NCBI GenBank assembly: GCA_046563655.1
Contig: CM102288.1
Span: 4,712,001 to 4,776,000 of the forward strand
Direction: 5' to 3'
DNA length: 64,000 bases
Source of the DNA: Yuukianura sp. NJ FZ-2021
Taxonomy: Eukaryota
The notes below the pieces were generated by a model. The model ran no database searches. It saw only the letters and a list, made by a program, of their open reading frames with translations, and had not been told where the DNA came from. Position 1 is the first letter of the stretch. Each line of letters opens with the position of its first letter. This document shows, in pieces, positions 43,960-59,443 of the stretch. A program made the translations under genes and the position numbers.

Positions 43960-45867
43960 ATGGACATCATTAATCTACTCGCTCCATATCGCTCAAAACC
44001 GTACACAAGATCCGAAGCTACTAAAGCGCAAAAATTTACGACCCACGCTCCTGGCATAATACTAGAATTTTCGGCAAAGACGACCTCAACTACTACTACC
44101 AAGACAACCGTTACCAAGTATGGCAACGTCTTTTACATAAATTTGAACTTTTACGGCGATTACTGTAGTCTTTAGATGAGTTATAGTCTAGTCAATCAAA
44201 CTGAAAGGCTCAACCATCCAATGTCCAAATTAATGATAATTATTTAATTACAATTAATCATTTTCACCTCAGGACTAACTCGTCATCGGCGTCGGGTATT
44301 CCACAACTGTCGCTTCAGATACCAAATCGTACTCAAAGCAAAGAAGCAGTTTCCAGCAAGGCAACGCAAAGCGAAGTAAAGACGTTCCTTGGTTTACACA
44401 AGAAAGTAAATCTCAAGTTTGCTCGTGACGCTCCTTCACAAGCTGAAAATCGACGTACCGTGTTCAACCAAAACATAAAACAGAAGCGGGACGAACGGAA
44501 GAACATAAATCGGGGGATTTCGAGGGACAACTTAATCATGGATCGTCTAGCACAAAAACCGGATGCACAAATGACCCAACTGGAGAAGTTGCAGAAATGG
44601 AAACGGGAGAAGGGTAAGGCTGTAAAACGTATAAGAAACGAAACAAATCGGTACTTTATTCTCCAACACTAGTAAGTAGCCAGTTTTACATGATAATGTT
44701 CTTATCTTTCAGCTGAGTTGATGAAACTTCAGAAGCAGCAGCAGAAGCCACCGATGACTGCTGGGCTTCCACGACGCAAACCCAATGGTGTTGCTGATAT
44801 CCCTGCTAAACCGCTTCTGACTAAAGCATTTAGTTTGAATACGAATTTCGCTGCAGAGAAAGAGAAGCTCAAGTTGTCTGGAATTTTGAAAAAAGCCCCT
44901 GGGTCAGCGAGTTCGGCCAACTCGTCTGTTTCCTGCTCATCTTCGGGATCGGAAAAACGGGCTGAATTCGGCAAAGAAAATGAGTTGATCAACGCAAATA
45001 TTTTCAAATCTAAATCAACTAATGGCCCAATGAACACAGTCAAGATCCAAGTGTCTCCTGTACCAAACGAAATGTTGGATCTCTTCGTTCCTCCAGAGGC
45101 ACAACAAAATGAGAATCCGAATGTTCTGGCTGTAGTGCCAAAAATGGCCACCGTCCCACCCAATGTGACTAATTCTCCGGCGTTCAAAAAACGTGGTGGT
45201 GGTGGTGCAGCTACTTCGCCAGTCAGGAACCTTGGTGGAGTTCGGCATTCTCCAGCGATCAAGAAATTAAGCTCCTGCTCCATTACACTCGTACAATCGC
45301 CAACTTTCAAGAAAGTGAAGAAGCCAAAGGGAATGCAGTTTGACTCTGTTTATATACAATTCAAGTAAGCATTTTACAGAAGAATTTCTGAATTACAATT
45401 CACTTAAATATGACTCAGCGTTAATCGATTGAATTCGTATTTTTAGTACCGCGTTTACTTCCGATGCAAAATCACTTTTGGACTATGTTGAACGCTGGAC
45501 CAAGATTCTCGAAGAGGACATTCCACTTGGAACGATTCCGGAAGAAGTCGTTGGGGACATTGAAAGTAGTGTTGGACAGGCTCGACTACTGCTGGATTCT
45601 AAACTGCCGCAATTCGCCGAGCTTTTGTACTTTTACTTGACCCGTACAGCCAATCCATTTCCAACTCTCGCTTGTGACCTCGAAGGCTGGTGGGAAGTGG
45701 CGAGCATCAGCGTAAGATAATTTCAAAATTCGAATCATTTTGTAAGAAATTATAAATTATTTATTGCTTTACAGATTTCTAAAGTGAAAGACCGTTTTGA
45801 TAAGTTGGAGAAGCTGAGTCGTAACCGCTGGATGTCGGGAGATCGGAAGCCACTCAAACCCCTTTAA
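43960..45867 (+). CDS. DLGAP5: GKAP-domain spindle protein, DLGAP5/HURP/Mars-like (5 exons)
   Basis: LEKLQKWKREK motif; GKAP core IPEEVVGDIESSVGQARLLLDSKLPQFAEL..PTLACDLEGWWEV..VKDRFDKLEKLSRNRW; stop TAA 45865-45867. Confidence 0.75.
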
Positions 45868-46939
45868 GATTTGGTCGTTTCCAATCACTAAAATCTTTCC
45901 AAAGTGAGTCGAAATTTTGAACGTACAATTTCACAATTCGTGGATCTCGAGTGACAACGATATTTTCAAAAGTTCCTTCCCGAATTGCCTGAAAATTAAA
46001 AATAATTGTTTGTTTTAACAGTTTGCTTCAATATGAACGAGGAGGTGATGCCAAAAGAGAAAAACGATGACACACGCCGACTGAGGCAACAAAACCGCAC
46101 TTAAGTATCACCTTACATTACATTTTATGCTAATTACATTTAAATATGTTAAACTTAACTGACTTCTTAATTTACTGTAAACTTACTCTTTTGGTAAAGT
46201 TTAGTGATCCTGTAAGAACAGCTTCTCTGTCAATTATAACGTACTTGTTGTGCATCAAGTGCTGACTGTTCTTGGTACGAACAGGAATTCCTACAAAGTA
46301 AAAAATTCATTTCACTTTTATGCTCATTCTTATCATCTATCGATCAAATAAAACGCAATTGACTAATTTACAAACTAAAATCCATCAGTGACTGATTAAT
46401 TAATTAGTTTTATTTTATTTTTTAGTTCACCTACCGACTTTGCTAAAATGACGACTGGTGTTGTTCATACCGGTTTGAAGTTCGTTTATCGTGTCGTGGT
46501 CCGTGATTAGTTGAATGGCAACTCCACGATTCTTCTTCCGAAGGATAACATTGGCCAATTCAAACTCGGATAGAAGGAGGGCGCAGATTTGAATGGATTT
46601 TTGAGCTTGTTCAAAGAAGAAAGCGACTTGTTTGAACAGACTTTCCGGAACAAGCGACAGATCCGGTAGCATTTGACGACTCGAACGCTTCATCACCCCT
46701 TGAGCAATCGATGGAAAGAAAATGACAGTTTCCCATCTTGAAGCTGGTTTCCGTTTGTCAAGGTCAGGGTCGTGGGGCAACCACTGGTTCCGTTTGGTAT
46801 TTGACCTTGACCTGCACAATTTTCTGTCCAACTTCTTCCGAGGATTAGTCTTACGATGATAGAAAACTTGTACTGCAGCGGTAATTGTACAGGCTAAGAT
46901 GAAGGTCAACATCCAATGCTGAGTAGGAACAAACGACAT
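45854..46939 (-). CDS. PLD6: Single-HKD phospholipase D/nuclease, PLD6/zucchini-like (3 exons, ~247 aa)
   Basis: Exons 46939-46435, 46290-46187, 45988-45854; N-terminal TM anchor; VIFFP; AQKSIQIC; RGVAIQLITD; GIPVR..LMHNKYVIID..LTGSLNFT..ENIVV..FDSLW. Confidence 0.85.
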
Positions 46940-47914
46940 GACCTTTCAGGTGACCTTGACCTTCGTTTAACGTTTAAGTCTACCGTGGTAGAAATTGGCT
47001 TTGACAGCAGTGGGTTCTAAAAAAAATCTGCAAAAGATAAACGGCAAGTTCGAAGTCAGACAATTTTTTGCCTCGTTTGCATCAGGAAAAAAATTGCAAA
47101 TTAGTTTGCAGAGACACTGCAAAAGGGCGTCTGCGGATTTGCAAAAAAAAATTGCACAATACGGCTGTGTTCTATTCGCAAAAGTCGTGGAAAAGTTTCC
47201 TTTTGCGGAAACGAAGCAAGATTTTGGCAACACATTTTGCATGTGACTTCCCTTTGGAAATTTTTGGCAGAAGAATCGATTGACCCATCCCGAAAGGAAC
47301 CGAAATTCCAAAGCCCATCTTTCCGCTTTGTCGCTTGTAGACATTTTACTCTTCTATAAATAATTCCATGCACAACTTAAAAAGAACAAAGTTAATTAAA
47401 GCCAATCCGGGAGGAATTTGTGGAAGTTGTCCGATTTGCCATTAAATTGTTCCTTATTCAAGAGAGACACGCCAGAAGAACTGAATTTCCCTTTTACTGT
47501 GTTCCGGTGGCGCTATTTTGCTTTTTAATCCCAGTGTCAACAACGAACAACAGCGAACGTGATAAAAGCTGCGTTGCTTTTTATTTTAGACATCAAAATT
47601 TTTAACTTTACGTTATTTCGCTAATTTAGTAACTATTAATTGAGTGCAACAATACAAAGGGCAAGGGGTTGCTAAACTCCTCGGAATTTCCGAGTCGGAA
47701 ATTAATCCAATTCTTCAAGGTGAACTCGACACCAAGGCCTTGCTTGTACACGATCGATAACTTCTCGGATCAAGTCAAGGGACAAACGGAAAGTAAGTTT
47801 ATATCGAACTTATTTCCGACGTTTTCCAATGCCAGCGTTAATTAATTTAGCTCAATGTCAACGATTGACGGTCAATCTATTATTTAACTGTCTGTCTTTT
47901 GATAGGTCAGAAAA

Positions 47915-49894
47915 ATGTTGAAATCCAATTGCACGGCTTCGGTCGTTTCGAAAATGCTCATATCAAAGAATGGGACTGGCAGCTTACTGAATTTACGACG
48001 ATCGTCGATGACTGATGGAGGCGGAAGTACAAGCGTTGGTATACTGGGTGAAGCCGGAGGTGCTCGTTGCTATCATCGTATTCAGTCGCGATCCTTGTCA
48101 TCTTCCCCAATGTCAAGTCCTTTGACGTTTAGAAAAGGAGTGATCCTTGGAATCGAGACTTCTTGTGATGATACAGGAATAGCAATTGTTAATCACAACA
48201 GGGAAGTACTTGGGGAAAGTATCAATTCACAACTACAGACTCACCTCAAGTAATTACTAGCTTGCTAAATAGTTCAAACGAATCATCGTGAAAACTAATT
48301 GAAGTCTACATCTATTACTTAACGTCAATCTCAAAAAAAAATGAATGTAACAATTTGGTTCTTTTCAGTCACGGAGGAATCATACCACCGATTGCTAAAC
48401 ACCTTCATGAAAAACACATTCAGAGGGTGCACAAAGAAGCTATGGACAATGCCAAGCTGACACTGAAAGATATCGATGCTGTTGCAGTGACTGTGAAGCC
48501 AGGGCTCTCTGCGTCATTATCAGTTGGACTGAAACACGCAAAGGACTTGTGTGTCAAGGGTGACAAACCTTTGATTCCAGTCCATCACATGGAAGCACAG
48601 TCAGTAACTTAATTTTCTTAAATGCTAAGTTAATATCAATGATAATCAGTATTTATCGAATCATTGGAATAACTTTTCAGCGCTCTCACTGCTCGTTTGC
48701 TAACCGATTTGGAGTTTCCGTATATGGTACTCCTCATTTCTGGTGGTCATTGCCTTCTCGCCGTGGCCAAAGGAATCAACGACTTCCTCCTCCTTGGAAA
48801 AACGATTGATGATCCTATCGGAGAGGCCTTTGATAAGGTACTTTAATACATTAGTAACCAGCAAAGTTTCTTAATTTTAATTACTTCTCTGTTGACAGAC
48901 CGCGAGGCGACTAAAGCTTCACAACAAATCGGACATCTCGTCCATTTCTGGAGGAGCAGCGATTGAACGAATGGCGAAGGATGGGAATCCAATGGCCTTT
49001 CAGTTCCCCACACCCATGTATAAGTATCGAGATTGTAATTGGAGTTTTGCCGGTCTCAAGTTCAGTGCTCTTCGACACATACTCAAGGAAGAACGGAAAT
49101 ATGGTAAGGAATTTATGATTAATCCCTCTTCAAGAAAATAATCCAAGTTAAACCATTGATTATTTCACAATTTGTTAGACCTCAGTGGAAGTGATATGAT
49201 TCCCTCCGTGAATGATCTCTGTGCCAGTTTCCAGCACGCAGCAACGACACATCTTTGCAAAAAGATACACCGGGGGATGATTTACGCCGACATGGTAATT
49301 AATAAGTCTGCTAATTAACTCCATTTTCTTCCTTTATCAAGTACTTTTGTTTTTAGCGGAAGCTGATTCCGGAAACCCACAGGAAATTCGTAAGTTCAAA
49401 CAATTGCTTTCAATGTTGTTGCGTTTCACAACGTTGGAGAAATGAAAGGAGAATGATGATTTTGTTATCACGCTGGGTTTTAGGTCGTTTCTGGAGGCGT
49501 GGCTTGTAACAATTACATTACGAGTGGGATTAAATTAGTTTGTGAAGAGATGAATTACAGCCTGTTCGTGCCTCCTGACTCGCTTTGTACTGACAATGGC
49601 GTCATGATCGCCTGGAATGGACTGGAAAAATGGACGGCGGGCGTCGATATCTTCTCACCGGCAACCATGGATAGTGTTGAAATCGAACCAAAGTGAGTAA
49701 TGAAAATTGAAAGAATTCTTTCTTGAACTGAATTAAGTATTAACACTGTGTTGCATTTCAGAACACCTTTTGGCATGGATCTCCAACAAGACATTCGTAA
49801 TCTGGATATACGCTGTAAGCGCATCAATCTCAAGCAACTTTACGAGTCACAACAGCAAGAAGTGAACCCAGAGAAGTCAAAAACTGTCGCCTAA
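47915..49894 (+). CDS. OSGEPL1: Mitochondrial tRNA N6-threonylcarbamoyltransferase (Qri7/OSGEPL1)
   Basis: Transit-like N-terminus; [80 protein letters not shown]. Confidence 0.93.
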
Positions 49895-51050
49895 AACTGA
49901 CTTTTCTGGCTTTTGCTTTGTGCCAGTGTATTGCGTAAGAAGTCTAACTCGTTGACAAGGGAAGGTTAGGTTAGACGGAACCTTTTTGTCGTGATCTGGA
50001 ATTTTTGAATTTGACTAGAGAAATCGTTTTGTTTTCTCTTTCGGGACGGTGTTCGTTTTTTCAGCATTTGGCAATCGAAACTGATTGTAATTCTTTTTGA
50101 CATACAGAATAATGCCTGTAACTTTGAAATTCGAAAATTCGTGGTCACATCAAAAACGGTTCCTTCGTTAGTTTCCAACTGAAACCGCAGCGTCGCATAT
50201 CTTTGAAACGTAATCTTACTGTACATGGATGGAACTTTTAGACTTAGATGTTAGCATGCTTAGACCTAAACTTATGTTAAGGATTTAGAAAAGTTAATAT
50301 GAGCACCTTGCCCTTGTCGATGGTTAGACCTTTACGCACTGCTAACGCTGATTTTTGCAGCGGATTACGGAGGGACGAAGGGCGACTGAATTCTTTTTCT
50401 AGTGACATTCATTAGTTCCGTGCATGTCAGTGTCATATTTTTCTCTAGTCAAAAAACTTTAAAACCAAGTTTTCTCATCTCTACTATTTACTGAACATAT
50501 ACCAATACGTAGTTTGCAGCTAAATTTCAGTGTTCTGTTACCATCTCCCTCGGTGCTGATCTCGTCCTTAGATTGTAACTTAAAGTGGAAGTAGTTTCAT
50601 AACTTTAAAGTAGTAAAAATATTTCCATCCAAAAGTTTGCTATTCAAAGGATTTGGGAATGGATGGATTTTAGGATCTTAAGGGGAGGGGACAGAGTTCC
50701 AGCATAATGGACAATAACGTGACAATAATAATTTAGTTTATAAGTCCCTGCTAATTAGCTTACTGAATGTTAATCAAGGACTCTCCAAATTTTAGAATAG
50801 TTGATGTTGTGATGTTTTGTGATCAGCATTTTCCCTAGATTTGTGTTAATTGTGTAATTTCCAATGCTGTTTCAGAGATTCTGTAACTTAAGGGCTTATT
50901 TGTTCCTAAAATTCAAATGTTGTCTTTAATTCATCTTCATCTTTAATAAAATTCTGTTCCCTTTTCAACAAACTGCGCAGACTTAACCTAAATACGATTA
51001 GCTCAATCAGTAACTCTAAGCTTAAGTGACATAACATTAGATAAACTAAC

Positions 51051-54103
<3,053 letters not shown>

Positions 54104-54378
54104 GATCTCCGTCTATCCTCTACGTTCAATTTAGGTGTTTTCCTGCGACAAAAAATAAAAATAAGTAAGCAGTGCTAGCGCAACCAACAGCATTCACTGA
54201 TTCACTACTATTCACATGTTTGTTTACCTCCTTGCTTTGTACCCGCCGTATGATCGCGACCTGGAAAAATCAGAATCAAGGCACAAACTCGGATTAGCCC
54301 ACTTGCGATAAGAGCAATAAACTAAAAGAAAAGTTACCAAAATACCTTGTCTTTTCTGCCTCTTGTGGGGAACTCAAA
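54104..54378. promoter_or_regulatory. Probable bidirectional promoter between DDX42 and PIGV
   Basis: Head-to-head start codons only 275 bp apart (inference from arrangement). Confidence 0.5.
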
Positions 54379-56774
54379 ATGGACTGGACAGGAACTACTA
54401 ATCGTCAGCGGTTCAACTGGTCCGGAAGAAGTTCAGCGTCCGGTTTCGGTGATTTCGTTAGTACTGAAAAACATAAAAGTTCCAGAAATGTTCAATTTTC
54501 GCGGAACGCTATTCCAAGTGATACTGAAACGGAGTATGAAGAGATTGACAATCTCACTTTCAATACAAAAGGGACTAAATCCGACAGACCAAAAGTGAAT
54601 CCCGTTGTGACAACAGTAAATAGTTTACTGGGATCGATCGTCGGTGACGTCCAGAAGGAATTTGCTTACATCTTTTCAATAGCCGGTGACCCAATGACCC
54701 CGTACACTGACGACGATGTCCGAAGAACAGCACTCGTGTCACGATTAATCCTCATCAGTATTCAGGTTTTCGATTTTTTTTTGGAAAAATTGGATTCATT
54801 TTTTGAATTGTGAAGCTTCCCGCATCTTTCTTTTTGTTTACTTTGGATCTTTATGAGCATGAAAGACCAAGAAATTCATGTGTAACTTTGACCTTTCAGA
54901 TCTTGGGGTCACTGACCGTACCACAACATGTCAACGATGGTTTCAAGACTCCATTGGACGTCAGCGCCAACGGAGCATTTGATAGCATGGTCAACTCTAC
55001 GTTTGGCGGTATGTTACTCTAAAACCTTTAACATTTCACTTACAAACCGAATATATTGTTCACATTTGTTTGTTTTAAGGATTGGCCAATTGGGACGGGC
55101 AGTACTTTTTACATATTGCCACGAAGGGGTACACACATGAGAACACGATGGCATTCTTTCCTTTGTTCCCACTCGTCGTCGGATATCTGTCCAGCATCAT
55201 CCACTTCGTTCTGTTTCCAGTCATGACTTACCACTCTCTTACACTTGTCACTGGAACCATCTTTAATTTATGGTGCTTCCAAAATGCTGCTCTTACACTT
55301 AGCAAAATCGTTCAACTCCAGACAGGCGACAGAGCAAAGTACATCCTTCCTACAGTCATGCTTCTCTTCTGCTACAATCCAGCGTCCATCTTCTTTTCAG
55401 CATTCTACTCAGAGAGTCTCTTCGCTCTTCTGACATTTAGTTGCATTCTGGAGCTGTACAAAAGGTAAGTTAATTCTAATAATTTAATAATTCTAACTTA
55501 CTTTAAATTAGTGATTAGATTAAGCATAGCGTAAGTCTTGGTCAAGAGTTAACAACAATTGAAATGTGAATTGTTTGTTACACAGGAATTTGACGAAAGC
55601 AATCATGTACGCCTCCTTGGGATGCATTTGTCGTTCCAACGGTCTCCTGAACTTTGGGCTCATCGCAGTAGCAGCATTGGCTCAAGTGACTTCTGAAATC
55701 CGAAGCGACCAGCCGAAGAAGTCGCCATTCCCACGGACTCCTCCAGAATCAGCCCAAAAACTATGGTTGGCCGCTGGAAGAAAGTTGGCCAAAATCGGGG
55801 GGATGTGTTTAATTGGAATTTCACCATTCCTTTGCTTCCAGGTACAGAATTCAAGCGTCATTTTTGAATTTGCAATCGCTTTTTCAATGTGTTGTTCAAG
55901 TATTTCAATGTTCATTTTTGATGTGACAGGCTTACTGTGTGATCCACTTTTGCAGCGACGCTAGAAGCTCCTCTCTTCCTGATTTTTGTTTCTACGATGT
56001 TCTGCCATACACGTACATTCAAAAAGCAAACTGGAACGTCGGATTTCTCCAGTAAATTCCAAAAATTTTTAATTCTAATCATAATTTTCGAAATTCAGTC
56101 ACAGGTTTCGTTTTTTTTTAACATAGGTATTTCGAGTTGAAGCAAATTCCAAACTTTGTACTTGCATTGCCAGTACTGTTGACTTTGGGATTTGAATCTA
56201 AACGCCACGCGAGAATTCAGGTTAGTAGATCCTGCTTTTTTCAAATAAATAGCTAGCTGATGAGTGTTATTGGTATAATACAATATAATATATTATATTG
56301 TATTATGAATTGGCAGGGAATCGAATTGCTTGACAAATTAAAAAATTCAAAGCAAGATTTCTACTGGAACATTCTAGAGCTGACCTTAGCGTTCCACGGA
56401 ATCTTTCTCACAGTCTTCTGCCTTCTTTGTATTCACGTCCAAGTAAGTCCAATCATGTCAATTAAACGTAGTAAATTACATCTAACGTAGTAATCTCAAA
56501 TTAATCTAACGTAGCCTGATTGACTTCACTCAATAACCGATTGACCTCCGATTCTTAATTTGCTAACTTTTGACTATAGGTTTCCACTAGGATGATCATG
56601 TCGGCCTGTCCGTACATCTACGTCTACATTGCCCAAAAGCTAACTGATGAGCGACTGCTTTTCTTGGAGAGACTCATTTCCTGGATGCCAGTGACGACAT
56701 TTATTCAAACGTGGTTCTCAATGTACTTCCTAGTCGGCACAGTCGGATTCTCCGTGGGATATCCATGGACTTAA
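54379..56774 (+). CDS. PIGV: GPI mannosyltransferase 2
   Basis: WDGQYFLHIA..GY..ENTMAFFPLFP; FCYNPASIFFSAFYSESLF; RSNG; YTYIQ..WNVGFL.YFELKQIPNFVLALP; HVQVSTR; C-terminal YPWT. Confidence 0.9.
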
Positions 56775-56887
56775 GTGGACAAGCAAAAACAAAATAGAGA
56801 ACCATAATCAACATAAGTGTTTTACAAATAAACTCTACTTTGCTCAAAATGCTTCAAAGTATTTGTATTTTTTGATTGGTAAAAATT

Positions 56888-59122
56888 TTAGAGTTCTTTT
56901 TGCAGTTTTCGGAGAGCAGCGGATTTGCTTCTGCGTTTGGTTTGTGTTTTCGGGAATTGAGGTTCCGTAGCTTCTGCGACTTCTGGAGAAATGCGACAAA
57001 ATCTGCAAGCTTTTTTGCATTTGCTCAGCATATACTTCGGATTCAACGCGCACTCTCCACGGGCAGCCCATGCTTGACAATGTTCATGCTGATCGTCACA
57101 CTCAATAGTAGGATCTTTCAAAAGCATTTCGAAATTAAAGTTTGATCTTTTTTTTTGCTTAAAATTTTGAAATTTTGAAAATACCAGAGATGACCCCTGG
57201 GTCAGCAGGGCAAGAGGCACAGGATACTGGACAGTACATTTTCATATAATCGGAGTTCTTGACACATTCTCCCATCTGAGCCCAAATTGCACAATTCGGA
57301 TTAACATCAGAACATGGCGAATCTGGAATTTCCACAATTTTGAAAAACTGAAATTCCTTTTTTCAAAATTGAAATAATTTTGAAATTTACCGCAGCGATT
57401 GCACGATCTCTTGCAGTTGACCAGCATCCATGTTGGATTCTTCTGACATTCTCCACGCGCTGACCAGTCGGGACAATATTTGTGAGAGTCCAAGCACCTC
57501 GACTCAACTAAAATTTACAAAAATCCAATAAATTTCAATTCAGATTAATCGATTAAGTTAGTTTAGACTTCGACTGCTGTACTTGGTGTGGTTGGTTTCT
57601 GTGTGACCTGAGTGGGTTCGTTGGTGCCTGGTGCTGATTGTCCATTACAGTGGTAGAGTCGATTGATCTTCATTATGTCATTCTGCAAAGTTCGCAAACT
57701 TTTGTTTTGAAACTTTTTAAACACAAATGAAGTGAAGTGAAAATGAATGTACTGCCAGTATACCTGGGAGAATGCCACGCGCTGTCCCATTTTGTCATTG
57801 GGGACTTTGGGCACAATGGTGGGGTAGCGTTTGTCCTTGGCAAAAGCCGAAGCACCATAGTGCAAAATGGATCCAGTGTCGTAGGCCACGCCCAGATTCT
57901 GGATTGTGTTCCAATTGTACTTCTGGAAGTTGAAGTCCATGTCTGAAAACAAATCAAACAAATTCATTTTCCAGCAAAATTTTCGAAAAAAAATTCACAA
58001 TTTTCAAAAAAGGAAATTCGGAGCCGGCTTCTCCCTTACTCGGTTGAATATTTTCGTATCGGATGGTGACATGGTCGTCTCTGTCAAATCGGGACTGTTC
58101 ATGCCAGAATCCAACCTAGGATGGGATAAATTAATAATCATAGAATTAATCAAAATAATTATTATTATATCATAATTTATATTATATAATTGTGTTCATA
58201 CAGCGTGCATCAACTCGTGCATTGCAATTCCTGCGTAGACGCATCCGTTGCCTAGAATGACTGGCTGAGCCCCTCCGGTCCTTCCGACGTGGCTGCTGCA
58301 TCCGTTTCCTTTCGTGATGTGAATGTAGTCTGTTTCTGTCGTCCTCGGTTTAAATACAATGCAAGTGGATCGCTGATACTCCAAAAACGCTCGAGCGATT
58401 GTACTTCGTTCCATTGGATCTACAAAAACATTCAAAAAATGCAAGTGAAAGTGAATTTTTAGAAATGATTTTTGAGTTTACCAAACTGAGCAGCGATGAA
58501 GTACGGAATGACTCCCCCTGGCCACTTCAGATTCTCTTTGACAATGGCATTTTTCAAACTGTCATCGCCAATTTCCTCTGCTGTAAAGTTGGTGACCCCC
58601 GCGTGACCTTTGTCCCCCTCCGTCAGAATTATGTCACCTTCGAACAATCCTGCCAACTCAATTGGATCTCTGTGGAAAACGGTATTTGGAGGAGGAATGT
58701 TCACTAAAAAAAATCAAAAACTTGCCCGTGAAATTTCGAAAGTAAAAAAAATTGCAGAAGTTAGAAAAATCTTACGCAAGAGATCCGCGTTTTGGTAGTC
58801 AATTGGCGACAACTGAAAAAAAATTGAGACAAACCTAATGATTTTCGACATCTTCTTTTCAGTTTCAAATTTGAGGAATCCATTTATCATTATGCAATTT
58901 CTTACGGGTTCGCCCGGAACGTGTTCGATCATCTTGAATTAAAATGAGAAAATCAATTAACAATTTTGAATTAGTTATAACTTATTAGAATTTAGCACCA
59001 TCATAACAGAATTTAACACTTACTTCGAATTGTGGTTTGGCCCAATTCGGGGAATTCGGTTTCTGTCCATTGGAACTGCTAGAAATTATCAGCACGAGTG
59101 GCAAAAAAACGAAAACGGTCAT
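56888..59122 (-). CDS. Astacin (M12A) metalloprotease with three C-terminal ShK domains
   Basis: Signal peptide; prodomain [25 protein letters not shown] zinc motif; SILHY at the Met-turn; ShK repeats ([50 protein letters not shown]). Confidence 0.9.
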
Positions 59123-59443
59123 GATTTTTCGATTTTGGTAAAATTTTTTGAAATTTGGAAGATTACGCTTCCCTGTCTCTAGTTTTTATGAGTTCAATCG
59201 AAGGTAAGTTTTTTGGATTGATTTTGAGTAGAAATGACTCCAAAAAAACAATGGCAGTGACATTGACAAGTTCATTTTGATGCAAATACTGTCGACCTTT
59301 CCCTGGAATTGATTTGATGGAAAATCACGAACGACCAAGGTTCATTAACACCCCACACTTGCAGAATCAATTATTTTAATTAATAATTAATATAAGTTAA
59401 TTAACGCACCAAGGTAGGATTATATTTTAATTTCAAAGGAATT

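Noticed and set aside
46967..47373. Overlapping ORFs in TTTTGC/GCAAAA-rich sequence between PLD6 and OSGEPL1
   Set aside because: Low-complexity intergenic sequence; no convincing TIRs or coding signal.
49966..50450. 86-aa minus ORF and exon-like segments between OSGEPL1 and DDX42
   Set aside because: Could not be joined into a coherent reading frame; probably UTR or non-coding.
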